A stretch of DNA of 64,000 nt, from NCBI GenBank assembly GCA_023205875.1, contig CP060761.1, positions 496,001-560,000 of the forward strand. The letters are read 5' to 3'. The notes under the pieces were generated by a model. The model was not told the DNA's origin. It did not search any database and worked only from the letters and a program-made list of their open reading frames with translations. Of the stretch, positions 42,706 through 54,716 are shown piece by piece. The first letter of the stretch is position 1. Each line of letters begins with the position of its first letter. The stretch is from Chloropicon primus. Lineage: Eukaryota. The position numbers were made by a program, and so were the translations under genes.

Positions 42706-43446
42706 GAGACGAGAACGCAGCAAAACTCGACGCTTTCTCGAACCAAACGCGTCAAGTGAGGTACCAATCGAAAGATCGCCCGACGTAGCTCCTTGATTTC
42801 ACCTTCTCCTTCCCTTCACGCCTCGTCCTCGATACGAAAAGCGAAGCAAGGTGCCAAGCAAGGTATCCCTTTCTCTCTCTCTCTCTCCGAGTTTGATACG
42901 CGATGGCTTCCGGGACACAAATGGGTCGAGTGAGGTGTCGTTGGAAAGATCGCGAGAAGCGCTACGTCCTGATGATGGTCTCTCTCCCTTGGTTGAACCT
43001 CTTTTCCTCTCGCTGACGCCTCTTCGTCGAAAGCCAGTCCCTTCTTCTGACGGCAAGAGAGGAGATCAAAACGGATAAGATCGGAGGAGGCAGGTGGGGA
43101 CCATCGGTGCAGGGGAAGGGGAAGTGACGGGCGAGGACGAAGCGGGGTGGGAGGGAGAGCGGCATCACGAGGTACTTCGTCTGTTGCTCTTTCGAAAGAG
43201 CCGTCGATCGAAAGAAATGACGTTCTGGTGAGGATCTGAGGGGCACGAAACACGAAAAAGAGAGGCAGAAAGAGATCGAGGAGTAGATCACCGAGGAGGG
43301 GAGGCGACGACGAGGGCGGGAGTTTGTGCTGGAGGGTTTTCAAGTGATAGAGGGGCGGAAGGAGCGTCTCTTTCTCTTTCGAGCGAGCCCTCGCGCGACA
43401 AGAACGACCCATTGGTGAGGATCATCTGAGGTGCACGGACGTGAAG

Positions 43447-44763
43447 ATGGAGGAGACGATGGAGAGCAAGAGGCAGAGGAGGGAGGGCAGGGATGCACTG
43501 GACGTGCTGCCGGGGGTACTGTGGAGCGTCATTGGCACGCATGTGGCCGACTACGACCGGGTCGCTTTCGGGTTGACCTGCAAGACGTTCCTCGAGGCGG
43601 TGACAATGGCGACGGCGAACCCTGATCCGAAGAAGAAGGTTGCTCTGAAGACGGACCTGACGGACGACAAGTTGTTCGAGCAGATGCCTTGCTTCAGTTT
43701 GGGTTGGTTCCAGTGGGTGCTTCGGTCGTTCAAAAGGAAGAAGAGAGTGGCGAAAGAGTTGAGAGATGGCAGGTACTACGACCACTTGTACGACTGTGAC
43801 CTGCTGCACCTCGCCGCTTTCCAGGGCAGCAAGAAGGCGGTGAAGTGGTTGGTGAGCCAAGGGATCCCTTTGAAGATCAAGGGCAAGTATTCTGGAAGCG
43901 ATAATCTTGGAGTGGTAGCAGCTAAAGGAGCTGCATGCGGCGGTCATATTGAGATATTGGAATGGCTGAAGAGCGAGGGGTGCAAGTTTAATGTGTGGAC
44001 CTGTTCTTATGCAGCTCGGGGAGGTCACCTTGATGTTCTGCAGTGGCTTCGAAGCCAGGACCCGCCTTGCCCTTGGGACAAGAGGACTTGTTCAGTGGCA
44101 GCTGCAGGAGGTCACCTTGACGTTCTGAAGTGGGCTCGAAGCCAGGACCCGCCATGCCCTTGGGACGCGTGGACTTGTTTTGAGGCAGCTCGAAGAGGTC
44201 ACCTTGACGTTCTGCAGTGGGCTCGAAGCCAGGACCCACCTTGTGATTGGGACAAGTTGACTTGTTCTGATGCAGCTGGAGGAGGTCACCTTGAGGTTCT
44301 GAAGTGGGCTCGAAGCCAGAACCCGCCTTGTGATTGGGACAAGTTGACTTGTTGGAGGGCAGCTCAAGGAGGTCACCTTGATGTTCTGCAGTGGGCTCGA
44401 AGCCAGGATCCGCCTTGTGATTGGAACGAGGGGACTTGTTCTAATGCAGCTGAAGGAGGTCACCTTGATGTTCTGCAGTGGGCTCGAAGCCAGGACCCGC
44501 CTTGTGATTGGGACAAGTGGACTTGTTCTTTAGCAGCTTGGGGAGGTCACCTTGACGTTCTGAAGTGGCTCCGAAGCCAGGATCCGCCTTGCCCTTGGGA
44601 CCAGCAGACTTGTTCTGATGCAGCTCGAGGAGGTCACCTTGATGTTCTGCAGTGGGCTCGAAGCCAGGACCCGCCTTGTGATTGGAACGAGAAGGTTTGT
44701 ATAAGCACGGCGACGTCCTATGGTTACCAGCACGTCGTCGATTGGATCAATGCTAATTCTTAA
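43447..44763 (+). CDS. Ankyrin-repeat protein with N-terminal F-box-like motif
   Basis: LDVLPGVLWSVIG..V...DRVAFGLTCK, then repeats of CxWDxxTCxxAAxGGHLDVLQWARSQDPP. Confidence 0.88.
   Translation: MEETMESKRQRREGRDALDVLPGVLWSVIGTHVADYDRVAFGLTCKTFLEAVTMATANPDPKKKVALKTDLTDDKLFEQMPCFSLGWFQWVLRSFKRKKRVAKELRDGRYYDHLYDCDLLHLAAFQGSKKAVKWLVSQGIPLKIKGKYSGSDNLGVVAAKGAACGGHIEILEWLKSEGCKFNVWTCSYAARGGHLDVLQWLRSQDPPCPWDKRTCSVAAAGGHLDVLKWARSQDPPCPWDAWTCFEAARRGHLDVLQWARSQDPPCDWDKLTCSDAAGGGHLEVLKWARSQNPPCDWDKLTCWRAAQGGHLDVLQWARSQDPPCDWNEGTCSNAAEGGHLDVLQWARSQDPPCDWDKWTCSLAAWGGHLDVLKWLRSQDPPCPWDQQTCSDAARGGHLDVLQWARSQDPPCDWNEKVCISTATSYGYQHVVDWINANS
43995..44700 (+). repeat. Coding tandem repeat, 87-bp (29-aa) unit x8
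   Basis: GGTCACC at 44023, 44110, 44197, 44284, 44371, 44458, 44545 and 44632. Confidence 0.95.
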
Positions 44764-45162
44764 CCAAGGCAATGTCAATGTTTCACGAACCTGTCATCCA
44801 CCTTCGCTTCCTTCCTATTCCTCCTCTTTCCTTCTCTAAAAAAAATGGTCTCTCTCTCTCTCTCTAACCCTAAAATATCAAGAATCTCCAACGTAACCGT
44901 CGTCGGTGCTGGAAGGCGAAGGCGGTCCGAAGAGAAGGGGAAGCGACGGACGAAGCGGGGCGGGCCGGGAAACGTCATCTCGAGCTTCGTCACCTTTCGC
45001 TCTTTCGAAAGAGCCTCTCGCTTGCGCGGCGCGACCGACGATAGCCTCGCGACCTCTCTCTTACCTTGCCTTGCCTTGTGTGTAACGGCTGGTAACGGCT
45101 GGTAACGGCTGGTGAAGGGCTTTTCGTTCGCGCGACGGGCGGGCTCACTCTCCGTTCCGTGC

Positions 45163-47064
45163 ATGGGTAACACGGAATCGAACATGGGTAACTGCTTCGG
45201 TTCTTCGAAAAGCACGGACACTGAGATGGGAAACGCTCAAAGCCGAGGCAACTCCCAAGCCTCGTCGTACGTGAGCGGGCTCGGTAAAAGTAAGGGCAGC
45301 GAGAAGAGGTCGAAGAAGTCTCTCTGGTCGTCCGAATCGGACAACGGTCTGCCGACGGACATCTTCGCGGATGACATACCGACGGACAAGGCGAAGAAGA
45401 TCAAGATAGACCCCAGCCAGATTGACTTTGGCTTCAAGAGACAGTTCCACGAGGAGTACGAGGTGACCAAGCTCCTTGGCAAGGGGGCCTTCGCCTCGGC
45501 CTACCAGGTCACGCCGAGGGAGAACTCTCGGTTTTACGGCCGTTACGACCTCGCGGTGAAGGTGATAAGCAAGTCCAGCCTCAAGACGGTTCAGGACGTG
45601 AGGTGGCTGAAGCAGGAGATCGACATCATGAGGCTTGTGGGCGGCAGCATCAACATGGTGCACGTGTACGAGTGCTACGAGAGCAAGAACCACGTTTACC
45701 TCCTCATGGAGCTCTGCAGCGGCGGGAACCTCTTCGAGAAGATCTCCAAGGGCGATCCCTACACGGAGAAGATGGCTGCGGTGCTGATGGGGGACATCTT
45801 GAGGGTCGCGGAGCAGTGCCACAGCAGGAACATCATCCACAGGGACATCAAGCCCGAGAACTTCTTGTTTGGCAACAAGCTCATGGGGGCCCCGTTGAAG
45901 ATGACCGACTTTGGGCTCGCGGACTACTGCAAGCCGACGGCGAGGCTCACCGAGATCAGCGGGACCCCGTACTACATCGCGCCGGAGGTCATCAGGCAGA
46001 GCTACTCGTTGAAGGCGGACGTCTGGAGCTGCGGGGTTGTCCTGTACGTCCTCCTGACGGGAAAGACGCCCTTCCACCGCGAGGACGACCGGAAGCACTC
46101 GTACAAGGTGGTCTTCAGAAGGATTTTGGAGGAGCCGATCGATTTCAGCAAGGATCCTTGGCCCAATATCAGCGAGGACGCCAAAGACCTGTGCGGGAAG
46201 CTGCTTTGCAAGAACGCGGCGAAGAGGTTGACGGCCGCGGAGGCCTTGGAGCACCCTTGGATCCAGCAGGGCATGGTCCACAGCAAGGAAGCAGAAGGAA
46301 CGAAGAACCCAAAAGTCACTGCTCTCGTGCAGAGGTTGCAGCTCTTCGGCACGTACAGCAAGTTCAAGCAGGTCGCCCTGTACAGGATCGCCAAGGAGCT
46401 GGCCACCCCAGAGGTCCAGGAGGTGAAGGCTCAGTGGGACAAGATGAATTTCGGGAATGTGGAGAAGATGGGGACCATCAGGTTGCTCGACGGCCTGGAG
46501 CTCGAGGGCTTCACTGTCGGGGAAGCAGAGGGCTCGGACCTCCTCAAGGCGATTGATGTCTACGGAAAGGGCGGGGTCTCGTTCGAGGATTACGCCGCCG
46601 CCATCGTGGACTGGAGGGAGATCACCAAAGACAATGGGTACTACCACTTGTGCCGGCAGGTTTTCGACGAATTCGACGCGGACAAGGATGGTTTCATCAC
46701 GAGGAAAGATTTGCAGGAGGAGCTCCCGGGATCTTTCACGGACAAGGAGGTCAAGAAAATGATCGCAGAGGCGGACACGAAAGGATCCGGCAAAATTGAT
46801 TTCAAGGATTTTGTTTACTTCATCCAGGAGAAGCTGGGGAGCGCCGACATGTTTGATAAGAGGCTGAGCTCCAGGTACAGGAACTCCTTCCCCAAGAGGA
46901 CGAATTCCTTCCTCAAGAAGCTGAATCTGGGCGGCAACGCTCCGAGCTCCGCAGGAAGTTCCAAGAACAGCATGCCGGCCACGCCAAAGGAAGGGGAGGA
47001 TTTCAACAAGTCTCTCCGCAGGGACGAAGAGATTGCGGACGTGCAAGCTTTCAAGGAGTTCTGA
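45163..47064 (+). CDS. Calcium-dependent protein kinase (CDPK)
   Basis: LGKGAFA, HRDIKPEN, DFG, APE, junction domain and EF-hands (DADKDGFITRKDL, DTKGSGKIDFKDF); MGNC N-terminus at 45184. Confidence 0.93.
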   Translation: MGNTESNMGNCFGSSKSTDTEMGNAQSRGNSQASSYVSGLGKSKGSEKRSKKSLWSSESDNGLPTDIFADDIPTDKAKKIKIDPSQIDFGFKRQFHEEYEVTKLLGKGAFASAYQVTPRENSRFYGRYDLAVKVISKSSLKTVQDVRWLKQEIDIMRLVGGSINMVHVYECYESKNHVYLLMELCSGGNLFEKISKGDPYTEKMAAVLMGDILRVAEQCHSRNIIHRDIKPENFLFGNKLMGAPLKMTDFGLADYCKPTARLTEISGTPYYIAPEVIRQSYSLKADVWSCGVVLYVLLTGKTPFHREDDRKHSYKVVFRRILEEPIDFSKDPWPNISEDAKDLCGKLLCKNAAKRLTAAEALEHPWIQQGMVHSKEAEGTKNPKVTALVQRLQLFGTYSKFKQVALYRIAKELATPEVQEVKAQWDKMNFGNVEKMGTIRLLDGLELEGFTVGEAEGSDLLKAIDVYGKGGVSFEDYAAAIVDWREITKDNGYYHLCRQVFDEFDADKDGFITRKDLQEELPGSFTDKEVKKMIAEADTKGSGKIDFKDFVYFIQEKLGSADMFDKRLSSRYRNSFPKRTNSFLKKLNLGGNAPSSAGSSKNSMPATPKEGEDFNKSLRRDEEIADVQAFKEF

Positions 47065-47267
47065 GGCAGTTGGGGGAGACCTGCACACACCTACCTACGG
47101 TAAAAAAAAATGGTTGGGTTGTGGATTTGATTGTTTTGCTCATAAATTTTACACGAGAATCTTCTTTACAAACTTCGTTATTGTTGGTACACAACGCGGC
47201 GGGCATGACGCACGCGGAGAGATGGAATAGGGCGGGAGGGAGGTCCACTTCGATGGGCGACCCCTGC

Positions 47268-48131
47268 TCACGTCAGCATCTGAGGCGCCTTGGTCTGGGA
47301 GAGCAGCTTCTTGAGGGCCACCAAGCTGGACTGCGAGTTGTCCGGATTGGACACGTTGATCTCATACGGAAACGTGACCGCGTCGCTGCTGACGACCGGT
47401 GGGATGTGCTCCTTCTTGTTGTTCACGTGCGTGAGTATCTGGGTCAAAACTGCCCGCAGCAAGCTCTGCAAGCGGACTTGCTTCTCGTGGTGCTCTTGCA
47501 AATCTGTGGGCCGGCGTGGAAGAAAGATGAAAAAAAGGTCAGACGCCCGCAGTTTGAGTGCATTCGCCGCTCGCCTTCCGTGCGGCGTGCGTCCTTACCG
47601 TGCGTATCGATAGAAGTCGTCTTGCTCCTCTGCCTCATGCCGACCTGGGCCCCAGCTCCCACCTGCGCGCTGCAGCCAACGTTGATGTTCCACTGCTCCC
47701 AATACAACCTTTCCTCCTGTTTACTGAACCACGTTTGCTTGTAGCGCTTCTCGAAAAACCTGAGCGAGACCTGAGCCGGCTTGCCCGGGTGCCTCTCCAT
47801 CCAGTTCAGCACGACGTTCACCTTCTCGTCGATCGTCCTCTCCAAGTTCCTGTCCACGCACTGCACGTACGTTATGTTGAAGAGCTCCAGGTCCACCTCC
47901 CTCGGCCGAACCAACCCAAGCGCCCTGTTGAAGAGCACCGTGTGCAAAACGCAGCGCAGGACGTCCTGCACCTGTGAAGCAAAGAAAACGGAGACCGTCA
48001 GGACCAAAAACCTCAGCGCGCTTGGGCCGCCGTGCCGTCCCCTCCCCCCCCGCGCGCGCGCGCGCGTCCCTTACCTGGTGCGGGTGTTCCACCTCTATGG
48101 AGGGCAGGTCCACGACTTCGCAGTTGGACAT
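47268..48131 (-). CDS. ATG101: Autophagy protein ATG101 (3 exons)
   Basis: MSNCEV..., LRCVLHTVLFNRALGLVRPREVD, FFEKR...WF....LYWEQW, VNNKKEHIPP...FPYEI; two GT-AG introns. Confidence 0.9.
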
Positions 48132-49147
48132 CTGGCCAGTCGAAAGTGAAAAGGGAGAACCGTCTTCGCACGGCCGTTACAATGTCGCCGGTCCCCCCGA
48201 GTGCCAGCTCGACGCCGAGGCCGAGGCCGAACAAACCAGACCAAACCTCTCTGCAGTCTGCAAGGAAGAAGAGAAGAAAAACCAGACGCCTCTCAGTGTC
48301 CACTCATCCTCACCACGTGAGCCGTTCCCCTCAAATGAGGGGTCCATCGAAAGAGCATGAGACAATGAATCCGTTCGCACACCTCCCCTCCCCCGCACTC
48401 ACCTCGGTTCGACCTTTCTCGCCACCCAAACGCTGTGCACTCTCCACGTCCTTCTGGATGACCAAACGAAACGGTTCCACGCCAAAAAAATCCTCAAAAG
48501 TGAGTCATTTTCGCCAAGGAAGCGTTCTAGGGAAAGATCGCGAGATAACGCTTCTGGTGGTGTGCTTCTCCTTCGCCGGACTCACCTTTCTTGCCCTTTC
48601 TCGCCGCTCCAACGCCTGGGTCTCTCCGTCTTCCGAGGGCGCGCGAGAGACGTATCGAATGAGGTGTAAATATACGTACACCTGGAAAACGGTTCTGGAT
48701 AAGCATCGGAACCTCATTGGTGGAGAGAGAGAGAGAGACAGAGAAGGTGAGGCTTCATCCCGGCAAGGGAGGGTGTAAAGGAGGTCAAGGGGTGCGATGG
48801 TGGACAGATTCAGAAGCATCGTGTCGTCCTCTTTCGCATGAGCCCTCCCTTGGGAAGAATGGTGCTCTGGTGAAGATGTAACGCTGACTAAAAGCTGATT
48901 TTGTGTCTGTTCTGGTCCCGTGGATGGCACCTTGGCAGGTAAGTGATCGGGTAGGACAGCGTCAGGGACGAGAGAACGAGTGATTCATGGCTTTCTCATG
49001 TCGTGATCTTTCGAAAGAGCGCTCGTGTGTTACGAATGACGCTCTGGTGAGGATTTGACGAGACGCTGAGCGTGAAGTTGTTGCTTTTTTTTTCAATCCC
49101 AGCAGCAGGATTTCTTGTGGAGCGAGGCAAGAGGAAGGGAACCGAAA

Positions 49148-49761
49148 ATGTTTGAGACGAGAGGGACGCTGCTGTCGACGAGAGTGAGGGCCTCATCTTC
49201 CGTGAGAGTTCCCAGCACGGCATCGAGGGACATGACTTCGTTGAGCCCCAGACGAAGAGATGCGCGTCACTCCACGCTTGCTCAGGTTCTGGAGAGGAAG
49301 GCCAGGAAAGCTGCGCAGCACGTCGTCGCTCGCTCGGGACCCAAGGGCGTGGAGGATCTCGCGAATTTTGACGACGAGGGCAACGAGATCGTGGACGAGG
49401 ACGCACCAACAAGCGACTTTGCGGGCCAGGTACGACGAGTGAACACACACACGCCAGATTTATGTCATTTTTTCAATCACGCTGACGCGATATCATCGCA
49501 CCCACTCTCTTCGCCTCCCTCTCTCTCTCTGTGTGCCTGCGTGCGTGCCTGCAAAACGCTCCGCAGTTCTTTGGCACCTACTTGCAGTTGGGGGTTTGGG
49601 TTACCATATTGACTTTTGCGGGGTTCACGGGGTTCAAGGCTATCCTGGAGAACCCGAACGCTGCGCAGGACGTCGGCTTGCTCGTGGCGCCATCGTCCGC
49701 GGCCGTCCTCCTCATCGTCTCCTTCATGACGTACACCTTTGTCATCAAGAAGGAGAAGTAG
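49148..49761 (+). CDS. Small protein, probably plastid-targeted, with two TM helices (exons 49148-49429, 49567-49761)
   Basis: Ser/Arg-rich N-terminus, phase-0 GT-AG intron, two hydrophobic C-terminal segments. Confidence 0.6.
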
Positions 49762-49840
49762 TAGGCAAACCTCGTGGTCGGAGCGAAGGAGGAGTCGCTC
49801 AAAAAGGAGCGGCACCTTTAGATTAATTGTTTTTGCCTTG

Positions 49841-50529
49841 TTAGTTATAATACAGCTCGAGGTTCATGCCGTCGTGGATCTCGTAATCCTCCAGCGTGAT
49901 GTGGTCCTTGTAGATCGTGTACCACTTTTGGATCCTAATCTTCTCCGGCTTGGTACCTGTTCACGCACAAGAGCGAACGAAAGAAAGGCGTTTCATCCGT
50001 CAGCTTTCCCATTCACCTGTGCGACCGAGGCTTTCAGGCCATTAGGAAGAGGTGTCTCACCTGTCTGGGCAGCAACGAGCTTCTTCAAGTCACCGACGGA
50101 ATCATCCTCGCTGTGAAGTGAAAGGTTAAACACGGATGAAGGAGGGTGAGGTCAGGTCAGGTCAGTGAACGCGTTCGTGCCTCTCCACGGGCGTATACAG
50201 GGGTCACGGCTCCTTCAGCTCTCCATCTCTGTTACGGTGGTGCGATGAGGGGGGCAAGAGCAAGGGAACAAGATCATCCCAATGGATACAGATACACGTC
50301 AAACAGGAAGCAGCCAAGTCACTCGCCAACTCAACTCAACTCAACTCAACTCAACTCAGTGTTGCTGCACAACGCGAACCCTCTCTCTGTCTGTCCCTTG
50401 ATGGCGACGGTGATGGTGATGGTGATGGTGATGGTGATGGCGATGACATCAGCAGAAAGGGGGAGTGACTTACTTGCACTTGACTCTGATCTTCTTCCCG
50501 AGGCGATCGTTTAGCACAATCTCAATCAT
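49841..50529 (-). CDS. UBL5: Ubiquitin-like protein 5 (Hub1), 3 exons
   Basis: [18 protein letters not shown] / [16 protein letters not shown] / [38 protein letters not shown]. Confidence 0.95.
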
Positions 50530-51049
50530 CACGAACCACTTGCAGAGTCGTTGCGTGATCGATGAACCACAACCTCAAAGCCAAACCCCAAATCCTCCTC
50601 ACCAGAGCGTCGTTCGTTTCGACTGAAGTATCGAACGAAAGAGCGAAAGACGACGCTTTCGATTTTCTGAACCACTTTGTTCCCCTCGAACCAACCCGTC
50701 CGCCACCTCACGCTTTGCTCGCGCCCTTCCCCCCCTCTCTCTCTCTCTCTCTTTCCTTCATTTACGGCCAGAAAGGCTGCTGGACTCGAGAGCGAAGGCT
50801 GCGGGTAAGTTATCGAGGAGCGGAGGACAGAGAGAGGGTGAGAGGCGGAAGGAGGAAGAGGAATCCGAAGCGTCATCTCTTTCTCTTTCGTTTGAGCCGT
50901 CGGTGGCACCATTTGGACCACGAGTGAGGATTTGGGGAACTGAAACGCGAGATGGTTTTGTCTTTTTTGTCTCACAGACGGAGAAGCGAGGAGTGGCGAG
51001 GACTGAGAGGAGGAAGAGACACGGGAAGAGGTCGTCGACTTGAGGAACG

Positions 51050-51940
51050 ATGGTAAGCTTCATGCGTTCCGCTCCACCGTCTCTCCCTCTTTTCCTTCGG
51101 GAGATGCTTTCTTCACAAGGGCTGCAGTCATGCTGGACATATTCCTCCTACTGCCTCTGGGCTGCATGGCTGCAGCAACGACGGCAGGTCGCGCGGGGGA
51201 GCTCCTTGACGGAAGGAATGACCGGTGATGGCATCGACAGGGACGGTCTCCTTCTTCTGTCGGGATTGTCCCACCTTCCGTTATCCAAAACAACAAATAT
51301 TGTCCCAGTTTCACTAACGCTTGGGTTTCTCCTCTCCTCGCTGTTCTCCGTTTTTTACTCGGTTTGGCGGCGTGAAGGCGGCGAGGATTATTGCACAGCT
51401 CCTGGTCACGGGAGGGACGGTCGTGTTCCGTGCCGCAGCGCAAGCATACCGCCAAGCCATCATAAGTAAGTATCTCACACACGCGAGCGCGCACCTCTCC
51501 AAGGCTTACCACAACGTCTTCGCCTTCGCTGATGACTCTCCGCAGCAAAAAGAAAAGTTTGCTGCTTGCTTTTCGCTCGCCCGTTGCTGACTTTGAGTTG
51601 GTTGTCTTCTCTTCTTGCAGATGGTAAAAAGGCTGGAGTGCACGAGGGCACGGCGCAGGCGTTTCGATCCAAGAAAATGGACCTTGTAGAAGCATACAAC
51701 ATCCTAGGGGTCAGCGAGAACACTCCGTGGCCCGAGGTTGTGAAGAAGTTCGACCACCTGTATGGCGTGAACGAGCGGCTAGGAAGCTTTTACTTGCAGT
51801 CCAAGATCTACAGAGCCAAGGAAAGGTTGGAGATGGAGCTCCCGGAAGACGTGAGAGCAGAGATGAAGACGAAGGAGGAGGCTAGCGCGAGTGCCGCGAG
51901 CCAGATGGAGGAGGAGAAGAAGACCAGCACGGGGGAGTGA
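51050..51940 (+). CDS. PAM16: Mitochondrial import motor subunit PAM16 (coding exons: ATG only, 51378-51465, 51621-51940)
   Basis: M|AARIIAQLLVTGGTVVFRAAAQAYRQAI...EAYNILGV...GSFYLQSKIYRAKERLE. Confidence 0.9.
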
Positions 51941-52114
51941 TCAATCCGTCCGTCGACTCTTGTGGGGACATCCATCCGAGCCGGTACTGTACTACCAAAA
52001 AAGCAAAGTTTTTTATCTCGCTAATACTAATGTATAACACACACACACACTACAAATACACGGTCCAACAGAAGCGCGCAGACGTACACGCGACACATGC
52101 TCGCTGATGTGGAG

Positions 52115-53261
52115 TCACTTCTTGGTTCCGGTGACGATCGCCCACTCGTCCAGCGTTTCGATCTTGACGTCCTCCAGCTCGTCCGAGTAAGCTCGAGCCA
52201 CTTCATCGGCTTGTGTTGCGAGAATTCCAGACATCCCCAGCTTTCCGCCAGACTTCAGACTCTCGAGGAAACACTCCTTGAGTTCCAAGAGCGGTCCCAT
52301 CAAGATATTTGCTACAATCGTGTCAAAACTTTCGACGCCTCCAGGAATTCTCCCCGTAATCGTGCTGCTGACCAGAAGAGACTCTAAGTCTCCCTCTCTG
52401 ATTCCATTCTGCCTCGCGTTCACTTCCGTAATTCTCACCGCAGTCTCTTCGATGTCAGTCGCTACTGCGGCTTTAGCGCCAAACTTTAGTGCCCCGATGG
52501 CCAGGATGCCGGTGCCCGCTCCGTAGTCACACACCTCTTCGCCTCCCCGAATCGAGGACTGGAGCCACCGAAGGCAAAGTTTCGTCGTGGGGTGACCTCC
52601 ATTTCCCTGGGAAGCCAAACACGAAGGAAGGGCATCAGAAACGAAGCCGTCGTCAGCAGATGGACGAGCCAAAGCTCGGAAAAGCGGAGGGGGTCCCCAG
52701 CACACTTACGAATGCTATCCCGGGAGAAAGCATCAGAGAGACTGCGTCTTTTTCAGGAGGCTCGACCGTCGTCGGAACAATCCACAATGCATCCGATATC
52801 TGAATGGGTTGATACGATTCAAGCACGACATTCTCCCAATCGTGCGTCTCCACGAATACTTCCTCGACCTTGTACTCAAGCATCTCGCCAAGGACCTCTT
52901 CGCAGCTTGCGATGCACGTGGTGCACGCCTCCCTCTCCGCAAAGTAGCCCACCACGAGGGTATCCTTCCACTTCTCCCCTTGGTTCCACTTTTCGTTGCC
53001 GGAGAAGATTTCCTCCTCGCGCTCAGTCCCACGATGGAGATCCGAGAGAGTCACGGACTGGGCACCGAAGCACATCATGGTCTCGCTCAGGGTCTCGCAC
53101 CCACCCTTGTCGGCGCGGACTCGGACTTCATAGTGTGAGAATTCCTTCCCAGACGAAGTGGCACGAGTCGATGCCTCCCGCCGCCCAAACTGAGTCAGTC
53201 CACACCCCACCCTAGAGACGCTTCGACCCACCACAGACCGAATCCTCGCCAAGGACGCCAT
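52115..53261 (-). CDS. prmA: Ribosomal protein L11 methyltransferase PrmA-like (1 intron, about 52607-52709)
   Basis: DWE......YQPI, PGIAF|GNGGHPTTKLCL, DYGAGTGILAIGA, VANIL, MSGIL. Confidence 0.92.
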
Positions 53262-53332
53262 GCTGACCCTGATCCATCAGTCAAGACAAACGCAGATACC
53301 CGAGCGTTTCAGTCTCTCCAACACCTAATGAC

Positions 53333-53763
53333 ACGCCATTTCTTTCAAGGGAGGATTCCTCTGAAAGATTGAGACACGATTCTTTTCATAATGCACACCA
53401 TCGCGCTCTCAACCTTCGTCCTCGCGTTCCTCACCCTCTCCACTCACCTCCTGTGTGTCCTCTAATCAGTGAATCCAAACACAGAATCAGAGACTACATC
53501 CTCAAACGTACGCCATTTCTTTCAAGGGAGGATTCCTCTGAAAGATTGAGACACGATGCTTCTCATAATACACACCATCGCGCTCTCAACCTTCGTCCTC
53601 GCGTTCCTCACCCTCTCCACTCACCTCCTGTGTGTCCTCTAATCAGTGAATCCAAACACAGAATCAGAGACTACATCCTCAAACGTACGCCATTTCTTTC
53701 AAGGGAGGATTCCTCTGAAAGATTGAGACACGATGCTTCTCATAATACACACCATCGCTCTCT
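53333..53763. repeat. Tandem repeat, 177-bp unit, about 2.4 copies
   Basis: ACGCCATTTCTTTCAAGGGAGG at 53333, 53510 and 53687. Confidence 0.95.
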
Positions 53764-54267
53764 CGTCGTTCTCCCTCACCTCCTGTTCTCCCCTCCAGTC
53801 GTGTTCTCCGTCGCCTTTCCTGGGGAGGGGAGGGTCCAGGTCCGTCGAGGAGCAGAGCAGCGGAGGCGACGAGCGACGCGACGAAGAGACAACAGGTGAG
53901 CGACCCGAGACACAACGCACAGATGGAGAGAGAGAGAGAGAGAGAAGGGAGAGGCCTCACCCTCCGACGCGAGCGTTACCTTTTCGAGTGAGCGTTACGC
54001 TTTGTTTTTGTTTCGTTCCCTGGTTTGGAAAGGAATCAAGTTTGGCTTTCACTCTTTTGTGAGGGCAATGGCATGGCCAAGAGACTCGACAGAGAGAGAG
54101 AGAGAGAGAGGAGGGAGAGAGACGGTGTGGTGGAGGGGAGTGTGGGTTGGAATCGAATCGGAGGGCGAGAATTGTGTTCTTGCTGTTTTGTGTTTTGTTT
54201 GCGGTGAGGAAATGTTTTTCCTTCCTGCCAGGAGGGCTTGACCCATTCCATTCCATTCGAGAAAGAG

Positions 54268-54305
<38 letters not shown>

Positions 54306-54716
54306 GCAAGGGGATGGGTGCTAGGCATTGTCCTCCTCGAGAAGGTGTCGAAGCCGGTGTGATTGCGTGTTCTCGTCGAGAGACCGTCGTGGCTGTGAGT
54401 GCATGGTCAAACCCACGGGTTGGAATGGAATGGAGTGGAGTGAAGAGAGGGAGTTGGTTACGATTGCGTGAAAAGAGACGTGAGAGTGGAGTGAATTGAT
54501 GGAAGCCATTGTCGTCCTCGAGAAGATCTCGAACCAAACGCGTGTGTTCGGTTGGGGAACCAACGAGGCCTTACCATTGCTTGAGACTTTCGTCGGTCTT
54601 GAGAGCTCGTGAGGAAGTTGATGCCACCTGGAGCTGCGTCCGTTGCAGGATTATGATGTCGTGTCACAGTGCTCGGGTTTCTGACTCCTCTTTTTTGTTC
54701 GATTCGTTGCCCCAGA

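Noticed and set aside
44864..44874. Telomere-like TAACCCTAAA
   Set aside because: Single unit, not an array
50200..50320. snoRNA or hairpin in UBL5 intron 1
   Set aside because: C box is imperfect and badly placed, and the pairing is weak; not supportable by eye
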